A stretch of 52,892 nucleotides of DNA, taken from the IMG/VR virus record IMGVR_UViG_3300003937_000378, positions 1 through 52,892 of that record. One strand, 5' to 3'. Shown one piece after another: positions 25,761 to 35,306 of the stretch; position 1 is the first letter of the stretch, and each line of letters starts with the position of its first letter. Position numbers and translations under genes: made by a program. The notes below the pieces were generated by a model. The model saw nothing but the letters and a program-made list of their open reading frames with translations, made no database searches and was not told the DNA's origin. This DNA comes from a virus (taxonomy: Duplodnaviria; Caudoviricetes).

Positions 25761-27122
25761 TCAGTTACCTCGTTGCTTGTAGATGTGAGTTGGATTCAGC
25801 TTCGCCTTGTTGTCGGCGGTGCGTTGTTCGGCCGTGGAGACCGGGTGTGCGGTGACGACCTGGGTGCTGCGGCCTTCCTCCGCCTTCATCGACAGCAGCT
25901 GTGCACGCACCGTGTCGAGGTCGGTGCTCTTCTCGATGAAGCTGGCGGCGAGGGTGTCATCGCCACGCAGCGCAGCAGCACAGGCGTCCTGCACTGCGGT
26001 CGCGTACTCGATGGCGCTGGCCGCCGGTTCGCCCTCCTGCAGGGGCCGGCGCAGCAGGGCCACCGCGAGCGCCGGCGGCAGCTCACTGTTTGCAACCGCA
26101 GCTGCCAACGCAGCGGCCGGGCTCTCCACCACGGCTGCAGGCGGTGCGGCTGCAGCCTCGGGCACCGGCGGCGCTGCCGCCGCCTCCGGCTCGTCGTCCG
26201 GATCAGGGTTGCCCGGCGCGGGCGGCGACGGCGCTTCGGCCGCACCGAGGTGCGCGATCAGGTCGTGCCAGGTGCCGAGCCGGGTAGCGAAGCCGACTGC
26301 CACGGCGGCCTGGCCGCGATAGCAGGCTGCCTCGGTAGCACGCACGGCCTCCGCATCCATGCCGAGGTTGCGCGCCACGGTGTCGACGAACATCGTGCGC
26401 ATGTCCTCCAGATCAGCCATGGCCTCGGCATGCGCTTCTTCGCTGAGCGGGAAGTTCGGGTTGAAGTCGACCTTGCGGGCGCCGGCGAACAGCGGGGTCA
26501 CCTTCAGGCCGATCTGAGCGTTGTTGCCGCTCCAGTCGTGGTGATAGCAGACCACGCCTACCGACCCCACGCCGCCGGTGCGGCTGATCCAGATCTCGTC
26601 GCACGCCGAAGCGAGGGCGAAGCCGGCGGAGTACGCATGGTCATCCACCAGCGCATAGACCGGCTTCCGGCCACGCGCCTCGAAGATGTGGTCGACCAGG
26701 TCGAAGCAGCCAGACGCCATACCGCCCGGCGTATCCAGCCGCAGGATGATCGACGTCACCGCATCGTCGTTCAGCAGTTCGTCGAACGTGTCGCGCACCG
26801 CGGCATAGCTCACCGGACCCGAACCGCTGGGGCCGGGCATCGGCCGGTTCACCATCCCACCGGACAAATTGATCACACCGATCAGGTTCTGGGCAATGCC
26901 CACCGGCTGACCGTCGGGGGCAGACACTTCGAAGCGGTCGGCCTTCAGCACGCTGTCGTCGCTGGTGACCTTCCCTTCCAGATAGCCGCCCACCAGCGCT
27001 TCGCCGATAGCCGGCTGCACCAGCAGGGGCTGATTGAGGACCGCGGCAGCGAGCGAGGCCACCACGGGCGCACGGCTGCCGCGACCCAGCATTCGGGCCA
27101 ACAGGCCAGGCTTACTCGTCAT
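25761..27122 (-). CDS. S49 prohead protease with scaffold C-terminus (gpC/Nu3-like)
   Basis: LDTPGG, AYSAGFALASAC, GSVGV; Pro/Ala linker and acidic helical tail. Confidence 0.92.
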   Translation of the reverse strand: MTSKPGLLARMLGRGSRAPVVASLAAAVLNQPLLVQPAIGEALVGGYLEGKVTSDDSVLKADRFEVSAPDGQPVGIAQNLIGVINLSGGMVNRPMPGPSGSGPVSYAAVRDTFDELLNDDAVTSIILRLDTPGGMASGCFDLVDHIFEARGRKPVYALVDDHAYSAGFALASACDEIWISRTGGVGSVGVVCYHHDWSGNNAQIGLKVTPLFAGARKVDFNPNFPLSEEAHAEAMADLEDMRTMFVDTVARNLGMDAEAVRATEAACYRGQAAVAVGFATRLGTWHDLIAHLGAAEAPSPPAPGNPDPDDEPEAAAAPPVPEAAAAPPAAVVESPAAALAAAVANSELPPALAVALLRRPLQEGEPAASAIEYATAVQDACAAALRGDDTLAASFIEKSTDLDTVRAQLLSMKAEEGRSTQVVTAHPVSTAEQRTADNKAKLNPTHIYKQRGN

Positions 27123-28593
27123 CGTCATTCCTTTCATCGTCGTTGGCGCCAGGGGCGCCGGGTTCGTCGTCCTGCCGGGCACCGGAGGCGTTCGTTCGCC
27201 TCGGGTCGCTGTCGTAGCGAAGCCCGGCCGCGTCTGCACGCGCGTTGTCCTGCGCCTGCTCGGCGTCGACCTGTTCGGGATCCTCGCCGGCGCTCAGCAC
27301 CACCTTGCTGCGCGACTTGAAGCCGCCTCGCACCGCCTTGAGTTCGGACGTCACGTCCTGCACCGGGTGGCTCCAGGGCCAGCCCTCGGGCACCCACAGG
27401 GTTTCGGTCACGTCATCACGCAGGGCTGCATAGCGCGGCACCTTCAGCAGACCCGACAGCACCGCCTGGTCCATGAAGGCGTCGCGGACCCGCTGACAGA
27501 ACATGGGGATCATGAAGAGCCACTGGTCCTGCTCGATCACCCGGCGGAACTCGTTGAGGATCAGCCGCAGCGCGCGGTCAGAGACGTTGCGCAGGTCACC
27601 GGTCAGCACTTCATAGGGCACGTCCTGACTGGCACAGATCGCCAGCAGATGCCCGCGCAGGAACTCGGCATAGTCCGAGCCGGCGCTGGGCGGTGCGGCG
27701 AAGGTGACCTTGCGGCCCGGCGGCAGTTCCTGCAGTGTCCCGGGCTCGAGCCCACCGAGGGCCGTACCGTCTGCATCCTCACCGGTGATCAGGTCGCCGA
27801 TGGCCTCGCCGTCTTCCCCTTCCGCGTTCGCGTCGGTGGTGATGAAGCCTGCGAACAGGTTGGCAAGCGCCTGCCGTTCCAGCACCGCATCATCGAGGCG
27901 GTCCAGGTTGAACATGCGCAGGAGAGCCGGAGCAGAGCCGGGCACGCCGCGCATCGCACCCGCACGGTTCGGTCGGTACAGGTGCAGCACCTGGTCCGCC
28001 GGCACGCGCACCAGCTCATTGCCGTTGACGGTCAGCTGGAGGTCGCCGGGGTGCTCCCGGTACATCCAGTAGGCAACGCGGCGGCCGATGCTATCGACCT
28101 CGATGCCCTGCCGGATCACGTTGCCGTTGCTGGCCACGCCGTTGTAGTGCTGCGGGCACTGCTCCGATTCGATCAGCTGCACCTGCAGCGGCACAGGCAA
28201 GCCGTCCTCGGGCCGCCGGTACCGGATGCGGGCGAATACCTCGCCGGCCTCCTTCCACTCGCGCCAGGCCAGCGCCTGCAGCCCTTCCCACACCAGAACG
28301 CCATCGGCATCAGCGTATTTGCCCCAGCGCGTCCACAGCTTGGTGACCTTCTTCTTGTGCTCCTTCGTGCCCCAGATCGGCTTTGCCTGGATGCCGGTGG
28401 CGATGCCGTTGGACACGCTCTTGTTGAGCGCGCTGACCATCCACGGGTCATTCCTGGCCAGGTGCCGGGCCCGTGCCAGCAGCGTCGGCAGACCCAACAA
28501 CGATGCGTTGGGCCCGAGCGACGTCGGCCGGAAGGTACGAAGGCGGCGGCCGTTGCCGGCGGCGCGGTAGCTGCTCTCGGAGGTATCAGACAT
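27112..28593 (-). CDS. lambda-family portal protein
   Basis: RARHLARND, RGVP, YEVLTGD, W.HPVQD. Confidence 0.95.
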   Translation of the reverse strand: MSDTSESSYRAAGNGRRLRTFRPTSLGPNASLLGLPTLLARARHLARNDPWMVSALNKSVSNGIATGIQAKPIWGTKEHKKKVTKLWTRWGKYADADGVLVWEGLQALAWREWKEAGEVFARIRYRRPEDGLPVPLQVQLIESEQCPQHYNGVASNGNVIRQGIEVDSIGRRVAYWMYREHPGDLQLTVNGNELVRVPADQVLHLYRPNRAGAMRGVPGSAPALLRMFNLDRLDDAVLERQALANLFAGFITTDANAEGEDGEAIGDLITGEDADGTALGGLEPGTLQELPPGRKVTFAAPPSAGSDYAEFLRGHLLAICASQDVPYEVLTGDLRNVSDRALRLILNEFRRVIEQDQWLFMIPMFCQRVRDAFMDQAVLSGLLKVPRYAALRDDVTETLWVPEGWPWSHPVQDVTSELKAVRGGFKSRSKVVLSAGEDPEQVDAEQAQDNARADAAGLRYDSDPRRTNASGARQDDEPGAPGANDDERNDDDE

Positions 28594-28801
28594 TGCCGGT
28601 CCCCGATTGGTAGAGGCGCACGATGCGTCGGCGCCGCGGTCCACCTGCGGCCTGGCTCAGCTCATCGCGCATCTGCTTCAGCAAACCGCGCATCTCCTTC
28701 AGGCTCTGGTAGGTCACGGTGCGGTCGGCATAGCGGACGCTCAGCACGCCGGCCGCAATCGCGGCCTCCAGTTGTTCGACTTGCTTGGTGGTGAATGCCA
28801 T
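28586..28801 (-). CDS. head-tail adaptor (gpW-like)
   Basis: LEAAIAAGVLSVRYADRTVTYQS. Confidence 0.88.
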   Translation of the reverse strand: MAFTTKQVEQLEAAIAAGVLSVRYADRTVTYQSLKEMRGLLKQMRDELSQAAGGPRRRRIVRLYQSGTGNV

Positions 28802-28802
28802 T

Positions 28803-30890
28803 TCAGCGTCCCAGGTACTTGCTTCTGATGACGCGGCGGGTGCGCGCACGCGGCATTGGCGCCGGCGCGACGTCGTCTGCCCTCACGTCTGGGTTGTCGT
28901 CCCACGGCGCGGCCCATGCCGGCGGCGTGGTCCAGTTGATGGCCGGAACCTTCAGCCACAGCGCCATGCCCTCGGCATAGCCGCACAGGTCGAACGCCTC
29001 ATTGCGTCGCTTCGCCAGGTTCTCCCAACCCCTTGCAGTGCGCGATTCCGCCGTCAGCTCGGCGTAGAACGCCTCTGGCAGCCAGTCGGGGAAGTGGTAG
29101 TAGCCCGGCCCGGGCTCGGCCCGCTTCACGTTGGCGTCTACGGTGTCCTTCAGCCTGTCCACGTTGAGCAGCAGCTGCGGCACATCACCCTTTGACCCTG
29201 ATTTGCGGTCCCGGCGCTTGCTGCTGTCGGGGAAGGTCTCGCGAAAGAGACCGCCCTCGCGGCGTGCATCACCCTTGATCAGCCTGACCCTGGCGTGCAG
29301 CTTCCGGGCCTTGAGCGAGCGCCAGAACTCCAGTGCGCGCACCGAGGTGCCCGACTTGCCACCCCAGTCGATACCCACTGCGTGCACCGGCATGCTGCGG
29401 CCGGTGGCATCGTCCAGCGGGTAGCGACGGCTGATGACCTTCTCGACCAAGCGCTCCCAGTCCTCCAGGTACTTCGGCGGGTCCAGCGGCAGGAAACCGC
29501 CTGATCCGTCCTCGCGCTTGGAGGTGCGCAGGGTGAAGGAATCCACCACCCAGCGCTCCAGCTGACCGGAATCGCCAATACCGAAGCCCAGCACCAGCAC
29601 GACGAAGCGGTTGGCCTGAACGTCGACCTCACCCAGCAGGAAGCGCACGCCGGCGGGAACAGCACCAGCGGGCCAGACTTCGGCGCGCTCCTGCATCTCG
29701 TTCGGGTCACTGGCCGAGCGGGCAGCCATCGGCACGTAGTTGATCGCGCCGTCCACGTTGTGCGTGGTCTTCAGCGGACGCTCTTCGCCGGTCGTGGCGA
29801 AGGTTCGCAGCGCCTGGAGGTATCGCTCGATCAGCGATTCCCAGGACTGGTAGGACGCCGCCACACCGCCAAGCCAGTAGCTGGCGATGCGCGCCTCCGG
29901 CCTCTCACCGGTGACCGTTCCGTCGGCGTGCACGACCTGGCCCTCCGCAGCCCACACGCCGCTGCGGTTCATCCCGTCCTTCCACCGGTGCTTCAGTCCC
30001 ACACCGCAGTGCGGACAGTGCAGCAGCGAGTAGTGCCGCGCCATCTTCTGCACGTCGTCCAGAACCACCCGCTCGAGCAGTTCCTCCATCGGCGGCAAAG
30101 CGAATCCGTCATAGCCTGGCGCTGCCTGAAACCGCTCTCCGCACTCCGGGCAGGGCCAGTACCAGCGGCGGCGGTCACCACGCGCATACAGCGCGGCGAT
30201 GCCGGCGGCCGGTGGGCCCTGGTGCGGGTGCAGCGGCTTCCAGGCTCCGTCTGCATAGTCGGTTGCCGGGCTCGATTCGGCCACGACCATGCCGGCAGAC
30301 ATGTAGGTCTGCGTGCGCTTCAGGCCCAGGCCGAAGCACTCATCGATCGTCAGGTCGCCGGTGTAGTTGTCCACGTCCGTCATCAGGACGTCGTGGATGT
30401 CCTTGCCGGACAGCACCGACACCGACGGCCAGCCCATGCGCAACGACATTCCTGACCGGAAGAACTTCAGCAGGATGTTGTCGTCGTGGGCTCGTGGGCT
30501 CAGCCGGGAACGCAGTTCCGGGCTGGCGGCGATGCTGCGGGCGATACGGGTCTTGCTGTAGTCCTCGGCCGCATCCTTGGACATCTGCACAACCATGGCG
30601 TCGGCCGGGTTGCAGGTGATCAGGTAGGCCAGGCGCGCATCGATCAGCGAGATGGTCTTACCCGATCGCGCCGGCCCTACGAACACCACGGCCTCGTATT
30701 GCCGGCTGCCGGTCGTGTCCAGCGGCTCGACCATGTAGGGCGTCGTGTCCGGATCCCAGGAACCGGCGGCGCCGGCGGCATTGGCCACCTGCAGCACCCG
30801 CGCGCCCTCGCTCACCCTGATGCGGCGCGGCGGCCGGATCATCTCGGCAACGCCTTGGCGCACGCTACGCGCTGTCGCGTACGTCGTCAT
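28803..30890 (-). CDS. terL: terminase large subunit (gpA family)
   Basis: TPYMVEP, GPARSGKT, CPEC/CPHC, DVQ, RNEAFD. Confidence 0.96.
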   Translation of the reverse strand: MTTYATARSVRQGVAEMIRPPRRIRVSEGARVLQVANAAGAAGSWDPDTTPYMVEPLDTTGSRQYEAVVFVGPARSGKTISLIDARLAYLITCNPADAMVVQMSKDAAEDYSKTRIARSIAASPELRSRLSPRAHDDNILLKFFRSGMSLRMGWPSVSVLSGKDIHDVLMTDVDNYTGDLTIDECFGLGLKRTQTYMSAGMVVAESSPATDYADGAWKPLHPHQGPPAAGIAALYARGDRRRWYWPCPECGERFQAAPGYDGFALPPMEELLERVVLDDVQKMARHYSLLHCPHCGVGLKHRWKDGMNRSGVWAAEGQVVHADGTVTGERPEARIASYWLGGVAASYQSWESLIERYLQALRTFATTGEERPLKTTHNVDGAINYVPMAARSASDPNEMQERAEVWPAGAVPAGVRFLLGEVDVQANRFVVLVLGFGIGDSGQLERWVVDSFTLRTSKREDGSGGFLPLDPPKYLEDWERLVEKVISRRYPLDDATGRSMPVHAVGIDWGGKSGTSVRALEFWRSLKARKLHARVRLIKGDARREGGLFRETFPDSSKRRDRKSGSKGDVPQLLLNVDRLKDTVDANVKRAEPGPGYYHFPDWLPEAFYAELTAESRTARGWENLAKRRNEAFDLCGYAEGMALWLKVPAINWTTPPAWAAPWDDNPDVRADDVAPAPMPRARTRRVIRSKYLGR

Positions 30891-31368
30891 CGGTGATGCC
30901 CTCGTACATGGATTGCCGGACGCGATCGCACTCGTCCTGGACCTTCACCACCTGCTCTGGCGTGAGCCCAGCCTTACGCTCGAGCACATCAGGAAGCGTG
31001 TCGAAGAACTGCACGACCTTCTTCACCAGCTCGGCGTAGTCGGCCTCGACCTCTGCCGCCGGCACCAGCTGCCCGATGGTCGACTCCACCTTCAGGCGCT
31101 CGTTCTCCGACTGGTAGTAGGCGCGGCGCTCCATCGGCGGCAGGTCGCGCGGATCGACCACGCCCTCCGCGCCGAACGCCGCGGCCCCCGGATTCACCAG
31201 CGCAGGCGCTGCGTCGGCCAGGCGATAGACGTCGTGCCCGGCGCGCTTGGTCAGCGGCGGTACGCCGGCCTCCTTCAGCCGCTTGCTGGCCGTTCGGCGG
31301 TCTATCCCGAACTCATCCGCCAGCCTGGCCACGGACCAGCCCTTGGTGAATTCGTGGATGTCAGCCAT
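30865..31368 (-). CDS. terS: terminase small subunit (DUF1441/Nu1-like)
   Basis: N-terminal HTH, YQSENERLK, LPDVLER. Confidence 0.9.
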   Translation of the reverse strand: MADIHEFTKGWSVARLADEFGIDRRTASKRLKEAGVPPLTKRAGHDVYRLADAAPALVNPGAAAFGAEGVVDPRDLPPMERRAYYQSENERLKVESTIGQLVPAAEVEADYAELVKKVVQFFDTLPDVLERKAGLTPEQVVKVQDECDRVRQSMYEGITDDDVRDSA

Positions 31369-31559
31369 GTCCTACCCGATGCACAGCCTATTCAGGCATG
31401 AAAATGCGGTTTCTCCCGGCAAAAACCGCCAAAAGTGCGGCCTGTGGTGGAGCACCCTAGAGGCCGAAATACTGTCTTTTACCGGGGTCCGAATTCCCCC
31501 CGGTGGCTGTGGATAAGCCCGGGGGCCCCGCCCCGTGGAACATTTCGCGTGAAACGCGC

Positions 31560-31847
31560 TTAATCCGTGTTATCGGGGGTGGGCGCCGGCTTCCCCTGCA
31601 CCTGGTCGACGGCATCCAGCTGCGCCTCGTACTGAAGCAGGCATCGCTTCCTTCCGTTGCTCACCTCGAACACCTCGGATGGCTTCCCGTCGCGCACCCA
31701 ACGACAGCGCTTGGTCAGCGCGGCATCGATGGGAACGTAGGTCGCCACCGGAACTTTGATCACGGCTGGCGCGGGTACGTTGGGCTTGATGGGTGCGGCG
31801 TGACAGGCGGCCAGCAGCATGGCGAGGGCAAACACGGTGGCGCGCAT
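31560..31847 (-). CDS. o-spanin lipoprotein (Rz1-like)
   Basis: Lipobox LLAAC, Pro-rich, follows the i-spanin. Confidence 0.85.
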   Translation of the reverse strand: MRATVFALAMLLAACHAAPIKPNVPAPAVIKVPVATYVPIDAALTKRCRWVRDGKPSEVFEVSNGRKRCLLQYEAQLDAVDQVQGKPAPTPDNTD

Positions 31848-31848
31848 T

Positions 31849-32331
31849 TCAGTACCCCTTCAATGCTGGGCAGGCTGAATCAAGCAGCTCCAGCGCTGCC
31901 TTGCAGGTGTCCGGCCTCTGCTCATACCGGCCGCGCCAGGTTGATGCCTCCTTCTCGGACGCCTCGATCTTGCCTGCCAGGCTTTGCAGAGCAGCTGCGC
32001 TCTCGGCCTTCAGGGCTTCCAGCTTCTCGGCCTCCGCCCGGAGTGCGATGGCCACCTCGGCCAGACGCTGATCACGAGTATCAACATCAGCCTGCAACCG
32101 CGCCGCGTCGGCTTTCCAGTCAGCCTGGACCTTGATGACCTGGGCGTTCAAATCGCGGATCTTCTGCTCTTTCTCCCAAGCCGTCAGGCCGGAGACCAAG
32201 CACCCGAAGGCCAGCACGGCACACACCAGCTTGACCTTGCTCCCAGGTTTGCCCAACCAGCGCAACGCGTCGGCAGCTGCACCCACGACCAGCGCCCACA
32301 GCGCGCCCAGGAATCGAATCAGTACGCTCAT
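31849..32331 (-). CDS. i-spanin (Rz-like)
   Basis: N-terminal TM segments followed by a long coiled coil. Confidence 0.8.
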   Translation of the reverse strand: MSVLIRFLGALWALVVGAAADALRWLGKPGSKVKLVCAVLAFGCLVSGLTAWEKEQKIRDLNAQVIKVQADWKADAARLQADVDTRDQRLAEVAIALRAEAEKLEALKAESAAALQSLAGKIEASEKEASTWRGRYEQRPDTCKAALELLDSACPALKGY

Positions 32332-32783
32332 GGCTTCTCGCCTCCGATGGCGCCGGTGGCTCTCTCCACCATGCGCACGTAGCCGGGCAGCAACCGGCGG
32401 ATCAGAACGCCGGACAGACCGGCCAGCGGCAGCTGTGGGGCGCCGGCCAGTGCCGGCCAGATGGACGCCGCAACTGCGATGACCCATGCGGCCACGATGG
32501 CGTACGCCACCACTGCCACTGCCAGCGCGGCCCAGCGCGCAGCCGTCTGCAGGAATCGGTGGCCACGCCTGCGGTTGGAATCAGCGGCCACCCGCTCTGC
32601 GTCCTTCTCGGGCAGCAACAGAACGCCGATCAGTGCACCAGCCATAGCCACCAGCAGCACGGACTGCGGCACGCCCAGGATGATTCGCTCGGCCTCGCGC
32701 AACGCGTCAGCCGTCGCCGGTGCCACCACCGCAGCGGTGAACGTCCCGACGAAGGTTTTCAGGGTGCTCATCGGCTCGGTCAC
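32328..32783 (-). CDS. putative holin
   Basis: 151 aa with several hydrophobic segments, between endolysin and spanins; GTG overlaps the endolysin stop. Confidence 0.75.
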   Translation of the reverse strand: MTEPMSTLKTFVGTFTAAVVAPATADALREAERIILGVPQSVLLVAMAGALIGVLLLPEKDAERVAADSNRRRGHRFLQTAARWAALAVAVVAYAIVAAWVIAVAASIWPALAGAPQLPLAGLSGVLIRRLLPGYVRMVERATGAIGGEKP

Positions 32784-33292
32784 GGCGCCACTGCCCCGCC
32801 AGCGTTGCGGTAGGCAGCCAGCAGCTTCTCCAGCGCGTGCTCCGGCTGGCCGTAGCCTGCGCCCGGCAGGCTCGCCCAGATGTTGCGCACGGCCTTGATG
32901 GCGTCGGTGATGCGGCCGGCCTGGATCATCGGAAGTGCGCGGCGCTCGCGGATCAGCTGGATGGCCCAGAGATCCTGCGACAGCGGCCCGAAGTCCGGCA
33001 GCTTCAGCAGCGCGCGGTAGTGGGCATAGTCCTTCAGCATGAACTGGTAGCGTCCGGACGCGTTCGAGGTCAGGCCCTTGCTGTTGATGGCCTTCGACTT
33101 CCGTCCGCGGGAGAACGGGTGTACCGAGTAGTCGGTGAAGATCTCCGGCACCCGGTCGGCACCGGTCACGATCACGTCGTAACCTTGGCTCTTCGTGGCC
33201 GGGCTGGTGCTGGTGCCCTCCGACCAGGCCAGCATATCCAGGAAGGCGACGACGTTGGTGCCGCCGGCCTGTTGAGCGGTGATCTTGGCCAT
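32780..33292 (-). CDS. endolysin, lambda R-type lytic transglycosylase
   Basis: AFLDMLAWSEGT, ASGRYQF, IWASLPGAGYGQ. Confidence 0.96.
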   Translation of the reverse strand: MAKITAQQAGGTNVVAFLDMLAWSEGTSTSPATKSQGYDVIVTGADRVPEIFTDYSVHPFSRGRKSKAINSKGLTSNASGRYQFMLKDYAHYRALLKLPDFGPLSQDLWAIQLIRERRALPMIQAGRITDAIKAVRNIWASLPGAGYGQPEHALEKLLAAYRNAGGAVAP

Positions 33293-33391
33293 CAGAGGTT
33301 CCTGCAGAAAGGTGCCCGCCCCGCAGCCGGCTAGGCACGAGGGTTGATCCGGTCGGGAAACGGGCATAGAGACCGCTGGGCCGAGGCCCAG

Positions 33392-34156
33392 CTACGTGGT
33401 GTAGATCAGCTCAGTGCGCGCAACCCCAGCACCGCCGCCAACCGTGTATCGAATTGGGACGCTGATGCGATGGAAGCGATCGAACAGCGCGCGCATCTGC
33501 GGGTGGTCGTTGATGGTGAGGATCGCCCTACCCTTCAACGCTCCCATCACCGTGGCCAGCTGCTTGTACTCTTCAAGCGGGAATGCCTGGCCATAGCCGG
33601 TGGTCTGCCAGTACGGCGGGTCCAAGAAGAACAGCGTCTCGGGCCGGTCGTACTTTGCAATGCAGCGCTGCCAGGGCAACTGCTCGATTACCACGCCATG
33701 CAGCCGCATGTGGGCATCGCTCAGATCCTGTTCCAGCCGGAGCAGGTTGATGCGCTTCGCACCAGTCGGGCCCACTCCGAGCGTCTGGCCTTCCACCTTC
33801 CCGCCAAAGCTGAGCTTCTGCAAATAGTAGAACCGAGCCGCGCGCTGGATATCGGTCAGCGTGTCGACGTGCTGCAGCTGTGCCCACCGATACATCTCAC
33901 GACTGGTCAGGGACCAGCGGAAGTGTCGAACGAACTCGTCCAGGTGGTTCGCCACAACGCGGTACAGGCGTACCAGCTCGCCGTGCGTGTCGTTGAGCAC
34001 CTCGATCTTCGCCGGCGAGCGCTCGAACAGCATCGCAGCACTGCCCGCGAAGGCTTCAACGTAGCAGGAGTGATCCCGCTGGTTGATCAGGGGAAGCAGG
34101 TGTTTCACCAGGCGCGTTTTACCGCCCGGCCAAGGGAATAGGGTCTTTGTGTTCAA
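33392..34156 (-). CDS. orphan DNA adenine methyltransferase (Dam/D12 class)
   Basis: PWPGGK, YVEAFAGSAA, LND, DPPY; TTG start. Confidence 0.94.
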   Translation of the reverse strand: MNTKTLFPWPGGKTRLVKHLLPLINQRDHSCYVEAFAGSAAMLFERSPAKIEVLNDTHGELVRLYRVVANHLDEFVRHFRWSLTSREMYRWAQLQHVDTLTDIQRAARFYYLQKLSFGGKVEGQTLGVGPTGAKRINLLRLEQDLSDAHMRLHGVVIEQLPWQRCIAKYDRPETLFFLDPPYWQTTGYGQAFPLEEYKQLATVMGALKGRAILTINDHPQMRALFDRFHRISVPIRYTVGGGAGVARTELIYTT

Positions 34157-34318
34157 GTCTCAACTGTTGCGACATTCGTTAAGCAAACTGCTCGCGCTCT
34201 CCGGAGAGCGGCAGGGCTTAGGCCAATGGCACGCGGCTGAAACGCGTGTACTGAGGCGGCGCCGCGCTGCTGCCAGGCATCGGGGCGTCGCTCTGTTTAA
34301 TGGTTGGGCTTCGCACCC

Positions 34319-34438
34319 AGAAACGACGAACCGCAGGTCACTGGACCTCCCGAGTCCAGGCCTGCGGCCGTTGAGTGCGGGTTGGTTGGAACCTCGCCCA
34401 CGGTAGCTACTGTGGCCTAAGTCTGGTTCCCGCTGCAA
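34319..34438 (-). promoter_or_regulatory. putative late promoter and tR'-like terminator
   Basis: TTGCAG-N18-CACAGT followed by hairpin CCGCAGG..CTGGAC/GTCCAG..CCTGCGG-TTCGTCGTTT; lies between Q-like gene and lysis genes. Confidence 0.5.
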
Positions 34439-34505
34439 CTGCGGTAAGGTTCCTTACCGCAGTCGGGCGAATGCGGTAAGGTTCGCGGCGAATGCGGTAA
34501 TGTTC
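34438..34505. repeat. TGCGGTAA repeat cluster (palindrome plus 21-bp tandem)
   Basis: ACTGCGGTAAGG-TT-CCTTACCGCAGT at 34438-34463; GGCGAATGCGGTAA(G/T)GTTC at 34466 and 34487. Confidence 0.85.
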
Positions 34506-34559
34506 ATTAACGTTTACGGGTGGGGATGCGTGGCTTAAGCGAATTCCGTGTAGAACGGC

Positions 34560-35306
34560 TCACACGCGCCGGACGAAGTTCGCGCCCTCAAGCCATCCTT
34601 TGTTAGGACCTTCGATTCGATCGTCGAAGCCCCCAATCTCTCGCTCGATGAAGTCAAACCACTTCCGCCCGATGTCATCGACGAAATCAACCAAATTATC
34701 TGAAGCTCGTTCCTGATAGCTTGGAATCCAAATTAATCGTGCGAAATCATCACCAGGAACGTCAATGTACTCGTTAACAGTGATGAGCACTATTCCCGTT
34801 ATCGACGAGTAATCATGAAGAAGGATCTTTGCAACGAGCGCCAGCAAAAATTGCGGAGCAACACTGCGCAAACCGTCGATCACAAGCAACAAGATACCTT
34901 CGCCTGACTGATGCCGAAGATTCTCATGCGTATCCCTAATCTGACGATTGGCTTTTTCCAGGATACGTTTAATTGGTTTGCGTAAGAGCTGAAGGAAGTC
35001 TCGCCGAACATCCCTCGGCAGCTGTAGGTCGCCAGCCAAATGCCGAGCCGTGACTCGACCATCATTCGCGAATTTGAGCCACAGATCATTGATCTTTTGC
35101 TGGTAGTCCTCCAGCAGTGGCCAATCCGTAGTTAGCTCTTTAAGCTCCAGAACGAACTGCTTTTCTGTGAAAACATAGTCTGCATTAGCGAAAGCAGGTG
35201 TCTGACCCACAATTGAACCGACACGAGCCCCTCCAACCAACTCAATGAATCTATCAAAGGTGGCTTCAACTGGCAGGGGATCGTGAGGGTTATCTAAAAT
35301 ACGCAT
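34560..35306 (-). CDS. lower-GC moron protein, possible PD-(D/E)XK nuclease fold
   Basis: 248 aa; NADYVF..VLELK; KANRQI; AT-rich codons unlike neighbours. Confidence 0.7.
   Translation of the reverse strand: MRILDNPHDPLPVEATFDRFIELVGGARVGSIVGQTPAFANADYVFTEKQFVLELKELTTDWPLLEDYQQKINDLWLKFANDGRVTARHLAGDLQLPRDVRRDFLQLLRKPIKRILEKANRQIRDTHENLRHQSGEGILLLVIDGLRSVAPQFLLALVAKILLHDYSSITGIVLITVNEYIDVPGDDFARLIWIPSYQERASDNLVDFVDDIGRKWFDFIEREIGGFDDRIEGPNKGWLEGANFVRRV

Noticed and set aside
25761-27122. S49 protease as part of the same system as the 6305-7345 protease
   Set aside because: Its position between portal and decoration/capsid genes identifies it as the ordinary prohead protease
34160-34438. Com-like zinc-finger translational activator
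   Set aside because: None of the three minus frames shows paired CxxC motifs; the region is better explained by RNA structures
34438-34505. Mini CRISPR array
   Set aside because: Repeats are 19-21 bp with no unique spacers and there are no cas genes
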